From positions 59,247,281 through 59,291,478 of the forward strand of contig NC_068992.1 of the NCBI RefSeq assembly GCF_001194135.2: a stretch of 44,198 bases of DNA, given 5' to 3'. Of this stretch, positions 34,614 to 44,198 are shown piece by piece (position 1 is the first letter of the stretch; the number at the start of each line of letters is the position of its first letter). The position numbers and the translations under genes were made by a program. Source of the DNA: Octopus bimaculoides. Taxonomy: Eukaryota. The notes under the pieces were generated by a model. The model had not been told where the DNA came from, did not search any database, and was given only the letters and a program-made list of their open reading frames with translations.

Positions 34614-34904
34614 CTGAAAAACTCAGATATACATCTACAATATATAAACAAATGGTCAACAAATTATTTGCCAGAGACCCCAAGTCAGTCTATCGCAACT
34701 TCGATGCAATTTCTATAACAGACACACACACACACACACACAAAACAAAGGAACAGGCTGAGGGTTACTGGAGATCTGTATGGGAAACAATGGATCAATA
34801 CAACAAACAAGCTGTATGGTGAAAAGAAGTGGAGCATGACTACTGCATGCATTATTTACATTATTTACATTTGATGGATATTTGTCCTCATCTTGTTTGT
34901 TGTT

Positions 34905-34950
34905 AACACGACGTTTTGGCTGATATACCCTCCAGCCTTCATCAGATGTC
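34905..34950 (-). ncRNA. Minimal type-I hammerhead ribozyme motif (inverted left arm; G12A core change)
   Basis: Minus strand reads gacat-CTGATGA-a-ggctg[gagggtatat]cagcc-AAAA-cgt-c-gtgtt. Stem III ACGU and the GUC cleavage triplet are intact, but G12 is A. Confidence 0.75.
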
Positions 34951-35186
34951 TTGGGGGAAATTTCGAACCTGAGTTCTCATTCCTAAGGTATTTTTTGATG
35001 TTATGCCTGTGAACATATGCCCACAGGCATATAGCTTAGTGGTTAAGAGCGCAGGCTACTAACCCCAAGATTCCGAGTTCAATGCTAAGCAGTGACCTGA
35101 ATAATAATAATAATAATAATAATATCAACAACAACAACATTGAGAAGTATCTTAGGAATGAGAACCCAGATTCAAAATTTCCCCAA

Positions 35187-35232
35187 GACACCTGATGAAG
35201 GCTGAAGGATATATCAGCCGAAACATTGTGTT
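35187..35232 (+). ncRNA. Minimal type-I hammerhead ribozyme motif (right arm of palindromic SINE-like element)
   Basis: gacac-CTGATGA-a-ggctga[aggatata]tcagcc-GAAA-cat-t-gtgtt. Core intact, 6-bp stem II, stem I gacac/gtgtt; the palindromic stem III ACGU has decayed to ACAU. Confidence 0.8.
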
Positions 35233-36160
35233 AACAACAAACAAGATGAGGACAAATATCCGTCAAATGTAAATAATGTAAATACTGTACATAATTCCTC
35301 ATCTCTTAAATATAGACCTGTACTGCATGCATGTTCAGCAAAAGCAGCATGAAACAGATGGTGACAACACTTCAATTCCTATCTGCTTGAGATTCTTCCT
35401 CATCTACCATGATCATGAGGCATATCTAACTCTGAAAATCAAGCAACATGGCAAAACAGTCCAAGACAACCCTCCCAAATCATACAAGTAACAGGACACG
35501 TCCCAGTTTTATGAGTAAGGTTTGGCTACAAAATCAGACAATGGAATCCAATAATTTTGCAGAGTGTCCTGTTACCAAAGGTGTCCAGGCAGCTCTTACA
35601 GGATTATTTCCCTTTATAGATGGCTCTGAGGATCACATCTCACTCACACATACATTTCATTTGGCCTGGTTATCTATGACAGGAAGCCGTTCCTAACACC
35701 AACCACTTTACAAGGTGTACTGGATGAATTTGGGACCTCAGCATGACAGACATGTTGGCAAGGCATGAACTAAGGGACTTTCTTTATACTAAATCATCTC
35801 AGTTCAACCAAGGTAGAGAATGGTGGGGAGGCTGATTAGATGAGTTTGGATGTAAACGGAAGAGGTTACACAGAGTAAATAGTTGAAGTAATGGAAGAGA
35901 GACAAAGATAGGCAGCTTCATGAGTGAATGTAGCAGTGTATTTGTGTGGATGTGTATATGTGTGTGTGTGTGTCTCAGTGTGAGCATGTGAATGCGTGTG
36001 TGTGCTTGAGTGTGAGCTTGTGAATGCACGTGTCTATGAGTGTGTGCCTATGGGATGAAGTCATGGAAGAGAGACAAAGATAGGCAGCTTCATGAGTGAA
36101 TGTCAGTATGTTTGTGTGGGTGTTTATATGTGCATATGTCTGAGTGTGTGCATGTATATA

Positions 36161-36211
<51 letters not shown>

Positions 36212-36279
36212 AAGCGTGCATGCATGCACGAAGTTTGTATTCCCTTTATTTTCTGCTAAGATGATTAAGACACCATGAC

Positions 36280-36700
36280 AAAACCACCACACCACCATCA
36301 GTACTAGCACCCACAGCTCCACCTCTGCCAGCACCCACAACCTCACCAGCATCCCACCACCACCACCACCACCACCAACAGACACCATCGACAGCACCAC
36401 TACTAGCACCCACACTACCACACTAACATCCACCTGACACCACCACTACTATCACCTACACCACTGCCATCACTAGCACCTACATCACCACCACCACTAA
36501 TACCCACATCACTAACACTAACATTCACACCACTACCACTACTAGGGCCCACACTACAATGAGCATAGCACCTACACCTCCATTTTTACCAATGTCCATG
36601 CCACCACCACCACCACCACCACCACCACAACTAACACTCACATACTATCACCCACAACCATTTTCACTAGCACCTATACCTCCACCACTAACAGCAACAC
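36280..36700. repeat. (CAC/CAT)n low-complexity tract
   Basis: caccaccac and cactagcacc units running into an N-gap. Confidence 0.85.
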
Positions 36701-37186
36701 CNNNNNNNNNNNNNNNNNNNNNNNNNNNNNNNNNNNNNNNNNNNNNNNNNNNNNNNNNNNNNNNNNNNNNNNNNNNNNNNNNNNNNNNNNNNNNNNNNNN
36801 NNNNNNNNNNNNNNNNNNNNNNNNNNNNNNNNNNNNNNNNNNNNNNNNNNNNNNNNNNNNNNNNNNNNNNNNNNNNNNNNNNNNNNNNNNNNNNNNNNNN
36901 NNNNNNNNNNNNNNNNNNNNNNNNNNNNNNNNNNNNNNNNNNNNNNNNNNNNNNNNNNNNNNNNNNNNNNNNNNNNNNNNNNNNNNNNNNNNNNNNNNNN
37001 NNNCGCTTCCACTGCTACCTTCACTCCTTGCCCTGAAATCTTTTTTTAAACATCCTTAAGTCCTTACCACAACCCCTGCCATGCACACACCATAAGAGAA
37101 AGCAGGACCACAAATGTACTATAGGTAAGTGAAGACAATCATTCATACATACATACACACACACACATATGCGCGTGCACACACAT

Positions 37187-37188
37187 AC

Positions 37189-37259
<71 letters not shown>

Positions 37260-37394
37260 TAAATAGACAGATAGATAAACAGAGACAGACAGATAGACAG
37301 ATAAACAGACAGACAGTCAGTCAGGCAGACATACAGGTAGATAGACAGACATGGATAGACACACAGACACAAAGACAGAGATAGACAGATAGAC

Positions 37395-37426
<32 letters not shown>

Positions 37427-37470
37427 TAGATAGGTAGATAGATAAGACAAATAGATAGACATATAGATAG
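37187..37470. repeat. (GATA/GACA)n tetranucleotide microsatellite
   Basis: Directly visible. Confidence 0.9.
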
Positions 37471-38873
37471 ATAAATTGAGAAAAAGAGACATAGTTTCTC
37501 TCTCTCCCTCTCTCTCTCACACACACACACATGCACACACACACACACACACACACCGAGATACACACAACACAACATTACTGCCACTTCAAGAACTCAA
37601 ATAACAATTGCAACAAGAACAACAATCCCGACCACCACCACCACCACCACCACCACCACTACTACCGTCCTGTTTTATGAACGGAAACCCTAAAATTAGC
37701 GTTTACAAGTGGCATTGGCTGACCTAGAGTTGGCAAAGGAATTCGAAAAGGTCACCTTTGTTAGACTTTCTTTTCTCAACCCCTCCACTATCANNNNNNN
37801 NNNNNNNNNNNNNNNNNNNNNNNNNNNNNNNNNNNNNNNNNNNNNNNNNNNNNNNNNNNNNNNNNNNNNNNNNNNNNNNNNNNNNNNNNNNNNNNNNNNN
37901 NNNNNNNNNNNNNNNNNNNNNNNNNNNNNNNNNNNNNNNNNNNNNNNNNNNNNNNNNNNNNNNNNNNNNNNNNNNNNNNNNNNNNNNNNNNNNNNNNNNN
38001 NNNNNNNNNNNNNNNNNNNNNNNNNNNNNNNNNNNNNNNNNNNNNNNNNNNNNNNNNNNNNNNNNNNNNNNNNNNNNNNNNNNNNNNNNNNNNNNNNNNN
38101 NNNNNNNNNNNNNNNNNNNNNNNNNNNNNNNNNNNNNNNNNNNNNNNNNNNNNNNNNNNNNNNNNNNNNNNNNNNNNNNNNNNNNNNNNNNNNNNNNNNN
38201 NNNNNNNNNNNNNNNNNNNNNNNNNNNNNNNNNNNNNNNNNNNNNNNNNNNNNNNNNNNNNNNNNNNNNNNNNNNNNNNNNNATATAAATATGTGTGCAT
38301 TTGTTTATGCATATATGTATATGTGCTTATATGTATATGTTCATATATGTAGGTATATTTTGTGCGTGTTTATATGCATGTGTGTATGTGTATTATGTGT
38401 ATGGGTTTGTAAAATCCACCTCAACAAATTCTATCCGACTTATGCTAGCATGGAAAAGTGGACATCAAATGATTACAATTATGATGATGATGTGATGATG
38501 TGATGATGTGATGATGTGATGATGATGTGTGTGTGTGTGTGTGTGTGAGTGTGTCGTGGTTGTCTACTCCTTGTGCAGAGTTTGACCACCCCCCCTCTAC
38601 CTACACCTAAGAACCCTCATGGCATCTGATGTGGCTTTTTAAACCAGACAATGTTCTGAAAAGACACCCAGATAGATTGCACCTCCGATGTCGACCACCA
38701 AGAGGTGCAGATAAGCTCTGCTCTTAAAATGTCTCTTGGGGCCTCCGTTGGATTTGGAAACCTGGCATACACTGCATTCAAAAGTGTGCACAGACATACA
38801 GGCAGAATATATACACATAGACACACACACATATATAAAATGTATGTGTATATATGTATAGTTATATATATAG

Positions 38874-39035
38874 GCACAGGAGTGGCTGTGTGGTAAGTAG
38901 CTTGCTTACCAACTACATGGTTCCAGGTTCAGTCCCACTGTGTGGCACCTTGGGCAAGTGTCTTCTACTATAGCCTCGGCCCGACCAAAGCCTTGTGAGT
39001 GGATTTGCTAGATGGAAACTAAAAGAAGCCTGTCA
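38874..39035 (+). mobile_element. tRNA-type SINE (family C) with (TA)n tail
   Basis: caggagtggctgtgtggtaag...ggttcagtcccactg...cttgggcaagtgtcttctactatagcc...gaaactaaaagaagcc. Other copies at about 12200-12465, 17560-17650, 18965-19125, 19868-20015, 21853-22075, 31295-31450 and 42740-42860. Confidence 0.85.
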
Positions 39036-40023
39036 TATATATATATATATATATATATNNNNNNNNNNNNNNNNNNNNNNNNNNNNNNNNNNNNNNNNNN
39101 NNNNNNNNNNNNNNNNNNNNNNNNNNNNNNNNNNNNNNNNNNNNNNNNNNNNNNNNNNNNNNNNNNNNNNNNNNNNNNNNNNNNNNNNNNNNNNNNNNNN
39201 NNNNNNNNNNNNNNNNNNNNNNNNNNNNNNNNNNNNNNNNNNNNNNNNNNNNNNNNNNNNNNNNNNNNNNNNNNNNNNNNNNNNNNNNNNNNNNNNNNNN
39301 NNNNNNNNNNNNNNNNNNNNNNNNNNNNNNNNNNNNNNNNNNNNNNNNNNNNNNNNNNNNNNNNNNNNNNNNNNNNNNNNNNNNNNNNNNNNNNNNNNNN
39401 NNNNNNNNNNNNNNNNNNNNNNNNNNNNNNNNNNNNNNNNNNNNNNNNNNNNNNNNNNNNNNNNNNNNNNNNNNNNNNNNNNNNNNNNNNNNNNNNNNNN
39501 NNNNNNNNNNNNNNNNNNNNNNNNNNNNNNNNNNNNNNNNNNNNNNNNNNNNNNNNNNNNNNNNNNNNNNNNNNNNNNNNNNNNNNNNNNNNNNNNNNNN
39601 NNNNNNNNNNNNNNNNNNNNNNNNNNNNNNNNNNNNNNNNNNNNNNNNNNNNNNNNNNNNNNNNNNNNNNNNNNNNNNNNNNNNNNNNNNNNNNNNNNNN
39701 NNNNNNNNNNNNNNNNNNNNNNNNNNNNNNNNNNNNNNNNNNNNNNNNNNNNNNNNNNNNNNNNNNNNNNNNNNNNNNNNNNNNNNNNNNNNNNNNNNNN
39801 NNNNNNNNNNNNNNNNNNNNNNNNNNNNNNNNNNNNNNNNNNNNNNNNNNNNNNNNNNNNNNNNNNNNNNNNNNNNNNNNNNNNNNNNNNNNNNNNNNNN
39901 NNNNNNNNNNNNNNNNNNNNNNNNNNNNNNNNNNNNNNNNNNNNNNNNNNNNNNNNNNNNNNNNNNNNNNNNNNNNNNNNNNNNNNNNNNNNNNNNATGC
40001 CTCTATATATATATATACATATA

Positions 40024-40186
40024 TACGACGGGCTTCTTTCAGTTTCCGTCTACCAAATCCACTCACAAGGCTTTGGTCGGCCCGAGGCTATAGTAGAAGA
40101 CACTTGCCCAAGGTGCCACATAGTGGGACTGAACCCGGAACCATGTGGTTGGTAAGCAAGCTACTTACCACACAGCCACTCCTGCG
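40024..40186 (-). mobile_element. Family C SINE, inverted relative to 38874-39035
   Basis: Reverse complement aligns to 38876-39035 with about 9 substitutions in about 160 nt (counted by eye). Confidence 0.85.
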
Positions 40187-40453
40187 TATTTTGCTCAAGA
40201 ATACAATGCATGAATCAGAATGTGCGTCTTTGTGTCTGTATTTGCCCCCACCCCCATCAGTTCTTGACAATTGGTGTTGGCATGTTTACATTCCTGTAAC
40301 TTAGCAGTTCAGCAAAAGAGACCAATAGTCTAAGAACTTTAGGAAATATATCATGAGGTCAATTTGTTTGACTAAAACCTTAAAAGGCAGTGCTCCAGCA
40401 TGGCCACAGTCAAATGACTGAAACAGGTAAAAGAATAGCAGAATATATATGTT

Positions 40454-40486
<33 letters not shown>

Positions 40487-41697
40487 GGAAAGATGGATAG
40501 ATAGATAGATAGATATACATACATATATATATATATATATATACATGTATGTATGTATGTATATATGTATCTTTTTCCTTCCTGTTCTTCAACGTAACTG
40601 TACCTACCTCCAGTGTATGAGCTATTTTGGATAAGCCATAATAGCATTACCACCACTACCACTAATACTACTACTACTACTAGTAGTAGTAGTAGTAGTA
40701 GTAGTAGCTTTAATTTTTTTTTTCCGATCCCCCAAACCATATAATTATCTTCGTGAAATCAAAATACCGAAATATTTCTGAAAAGGTTGTTTTGGGGGGA
40801 ACGGACTTCATTATGCATGTTGTCGGCATCGACACCAGCCCCCCCACCAACCACTACCACCACCCTTCCCCACCATATTTATACACTTTATTTATTTTTG
40901 TTTGGCTGTGTNNNNNNNNNNNNNNNNNNNNNNNNNNNNNNNNNNNNNNNNNNNNNNNNNNNNNNNNNNNNNNNNNNNNNNNNNNNNNNNNNNNNNNNNN
41001 NNNNNNNNNNNNNNNNNNNNNNNNNNNNNNNNNNNNNNNNNNNNNNNNNNNNNNNNNNNNNNNNNNNNNNNNNNNNNNNNNNNNNNNNNNNNNNNNNNNN
41101 NNNNNNNNNNNNNNNNNNNNNNNNNNNNNNNNNNNNNNNNNNNNNNNNNNNNNNNNNNNNNNNNNNNNNNNNNNNNNNNNNNNNNNNNNNNNNNNNNNNN
41201 NNNNNNNNNNNNNNNNNNNNNNNNNNNNNNNNNNNNNNNNNNNNNNNNNNNNNNNNNNNNNNNNNNNNNNNNNNNNNNNNNNNNNNNNNNNNNNNNNNNN
41301 NNNNNNNNNNNNNNNNNNNNNNNNNNNNNNNNNNNNNNNNNNNNNNNNNNNNNNNNNNNNNNNNNNNNNNNNNNNNNNNNNNNNNNNNNNNNNNNNNNNN
41401 NNNNNNNNNNNNNNNNNNNNNNNNNNNNNNNNNNNNNNNNNNNNNNNNNNNNNNNNNNNNNNNNNNNNNNNNNNNNNNNNNNNNNNNNNNNNNNNNNNNN
41501 NNNNNNNNNNNNNNNNNNNNNNNNNNNNNNNNNNNNNNNNNNNNNNNNNNNNNNNNNNNNNNNNNNNNNNNNNNNNNNNNNNNNNNNNNNNNNNNNNNNN
41601 NNNNNNNNNNNNNNNNNNNNNNNNNNNNNNNNNNNNNNNNNNNNNNNNNNNNNNNNNNNNNNNNNNNNNNNNNNNNNNNNNNNNNNNNNNTATATAT

Positions 41698-41862
41698 ATG
41701 ACAGGCTTCTTTCAGTTTCCGTCTACTAAATCCACTCAAAAGGCTTTGGTTGGCCCGAGGCTATAGTAGAAGACACTTGCCCAAAGTGCCACGCAGTGGG
41801 ACTGAACCCAGAGCCATGTGGTTGGTAAGCAAGGTACTTATCACACAGCCACTCCTGCGCCT
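41698..41862 (-). mobile_element. Family C SINE
   Basis: gacaggcttctttcagtttccgtctac...ctatagtagaagacacttgccc...cacacagccactcctgcgcc. Confidence 0.85.
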
Positions 41863-42426
41863 GTTTATATCCTTGTAACTTAACAGTTCAGTAAAAAGGG
41901 ACAAACAGAATAAGGACCAGATTTATTCAACAAAACCCTACAAGACAGTGCCCCAGCTGGCCACAGTCCAATGATTGAAACAAGTAAAAGATATCATCAT
42001 TTAACGTCCATTTCCCAAGCTGGTATGGGTTGGACAGTTTGACAGTAGATGGGAATGCCAGGGGCCACACCGGTCTCCATTGTATGCTCTGGCATGGTTT
42101 CCCTGACTGGATACCCTTCCTAATGCCACCCACTTCACAGAATGTGGTGAGTGCTTTTATATGGTATCAGCACCAGTCATAAATAATTGGCCCCTTGCAC
42201 TTTATATAGTCACCATCATCATCTAACATCCATTGTCCATGCTGGTGTGGGTTGGACGATTTGACCAGAGCTGGTAGGCTAGGGAGCTGCTCCAGTCACC
42301 AGTCTGATTCGGCATGGTTTCACTAATATATGTATACATACATACATACATATATATCATCATCATTATCATCGTCATTTAACATCCGCTTTCCATGGTG
42401 GCATGGGTCGGACGGTTTATACATAT

Positions 42427-42429
<3 letters not shown>

Positions 42430-42464
<35 letters not shown>

Positions 42465-42688
42465 NNNNNNNNNNNNNNNNNNNNNNNNNNNNNNNNNNNN
42501 NNNNNNNNNNNNNNNNNNNNNNNNNNATATATATACATATATATACATATACATATACATATACATATATATATGCATATACATATATATACATATATAT
42601 ATATACATATATATATACATATATATATATACATATATATACATATACATATGTATGCATACATATACATACACATACATATACATGC

Positions 42689-42719
<31 letters not shown>

Positions 42720-43342
42720 CACACACACATATATAATAGGCACAGGCTTAGCTATGTGATATGGAATTCATTTCCCAAACACATTTCCTAGGTTACCCCA
42801 TTGTGTGGAACCTTAGGCAAGTGTCTTCTACAATAGCCCAAAGTGGATCTGGAAAGAAACCCACAAATATATAGATGTGTGTGTGTGTGTGTGTGTGTGT
42901 TATAAACAATTGTGACTATCATGGAAGTGGTGGTCTCTGTTTCCAATCTGCCCTGAAAACATGTCTGGCCATGAAGGAATATTACCTTACATGGAAACAG
43001 GTGGGTGCTGGTGTTAGAAAGGGCATTCAGCTGTAGAAAATCTGCCTCAACAAATTCTGTCCAACCCATGCCAGCATGGGAAAGTGGACAACGAATTCAT
43101 AATGCTATGTATATATACACACACACACACATGTACAAACGAAAGAGAATGAGATGAAAGAGAAAAAAAGGTAGTATAAGATAAATAAGTATATGTGTGT
43201 TTAAGAAAATATTTCAATATATGACATCTATTAATCTATACATGTATACACATGCTAAAGTATACATTTTACTACCTGAAATTACACACACAAACACGTG
43301 TATGTGTATACATATATATACATAGATATATATATACATATA

Positions 43343-43410
<68 letters not shown>

Positions 43411-43680
43411 TATATATACTTATATACACATACATATATATATACTCACACATACACAAATATATACTTATATACATATATCTATATATACATACCCACA
43501 CATACATGGCAATGTGCTGTATGTAGTGTACAAACACATAAATTAAACACAACACAGTTGTGTATACATATGTGTGTATATATATAAATGTGTGTGTATA
43601 TATGTATATGTGTGTGTATGTGTGTGTGTATAAATAGACACACACGCATACACACATACTAATCTGAACATGTACATACA
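42430..43680. repeat. (TA)n/(TACA)n/(CA)n compound microsatellite region
   Basis: Directly visible; accounts for the YI/YT/HI-rich ORFs. Confidence 0.85.
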
Positions 43681-44198
43681 TGTTGAAAGCTAAAGGTTCT
43701 AAATATATTTAATTTATTTATATGAAATCGTTTACTCTGACTTCAATACTAATTAGTTGATTGGTATTTAGAAAGCAAATTTTACTTTCAAAGGTTTCAC
43801 TTGCTATATTTCTACCTCCTGTTTTTTTAGCTTGCTTTATATCCACATCATTTTCGGTTCAATCGCACTACAAGATGGTACCTTGGGCAACTACCTTCTA
43901 CTACAACCCTAGGTTGACCAAAGCCTTATGGGTATATTTGATAAAGAAAAGCTGTTTAGAAATCCATCATATATATGTGTGTGTGTGTGTGTGTGTGCGT
44001 GTGTGCGTGCATGCGTGCGTGCGTGCGTGCGTGCGTGTGTGTGTGTGTGTGATATAATATGTGAACAATTGTTTGGATATTTTGATTGCCTCAATAACTG
44101 AAGAGATGCCAGTTCAGGTTTCAGCCCCGACATGCGAAACTCGGAGTTTCATTATGGCAACTGAATAATTGTCACATATTATATTACAGATAAATACC

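Larger units (their letters stand above)
34853..35320 (+). mobile_element. 468-bp tRNA-head SINE-like retroelement with inverted hammerhead-bearing arms (Penelope-type terminus)
   Basis: 12-bp TSD tactgcatgcat at 34841-34852 and 35321-35332. Arms 34853-35002 and 35136-35284 are reverse complements (16 differences in 150 columns). Spacer has A-box tagcttagtgg (35032-35042), B-box-like gagttcaatgc and an (AAT)n run. Confidence 0.85.
34652..35360 (+). mobile_element. R4/Dong-like LINE ORF remnant interrupted by (CA)n and by the 34853-35320 element
   Basis: MVNKLFARDPKSVYRNF...KEQAEGYWRSVWETMDQYNKQAVW*KEVEHDYCMH|VQQKQHE resembles, from memory, the pre-RT region of R4-clade ORFs (N.LF...K.FYR...FW..IW...HN..A.WL). 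The frame continues once the insert and one TSD are removed. Confidence 0.62.

Noticed and set aside
35022-35100. Genuine tRNA gene
   Set aside because: Degenerate B box, no acceptor-stem closure, non-standard anticodon loop, and it lies inside a TSD-bounded insert; treated as a SINE head.
37753-37793. DSGGVEKRKSNK|gtgacc at a gap edge as a 5' castor exon end
   Set aside because: Short, weak donor, phase 1, no homology support; cannot be judged without closing the gap.
12680-42791. Long ORFs made mostly of X or YI/RE/TH repeats
   Set aside because: Artefacts of N-gaps and microsatellites.
22962-44154. Idea that castor-sense hammerheads are always core-dead and antisense ones intact
   Set aside because: The sense-strand motif at 33817-33854 has an intact core; the sample is tiny and pattern-selected.

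Overview
AT-rich, microsatellite-dense animal genomic DNA with many N-gaps. The repeat content suggests an octopus or other coleoid cephalopod; this is an inference. One protein-coding gene is supported: a castor/CASZ1 zinc-finger transcription factor on the minus strand. Eight coding segments can be joined with phase-consistent GT-AG boundaries: 24193-24106, 22365-22201, 20844-20628, 17333-17196, [gap]15045-14402, 12797-12675, 12003-11886 and 9622-7406 (stop TAA). They encode 12 castor-type C2H2-H2C2 fingers, one of them half hidden in a gap, plus an AT-hook, a PxDLS motif and a pure (AAT)19 poly-Asn tract. The 5' exons were not found. Introns and flanks contain at least three tRNA-type SINE families, RTE and R4/Dong LINE remnants, mariner derivatives and a TTAA-flanked MITE. 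The most striking non-coding signal is a set of minimal type-I hammerhead ribozyme motifs. Four are clear, belong to three unrelated sequence families, and lie at 30737, 33817, 34905 and 35187; two more are decayed. Two of the clear ones sit in a 468-bp element bounded by a 12-bp target-site duplication, built as [inverted hammerhead arm]-[tRNA-like Pol III head]-(AAT)n-[hammerhead arm]. This looks like a ribozyme-bearing SINE mobilised by Penelope-type machinery. TE boundaries are approximate unless a TSD is given. All alignments and folds were done by eye.
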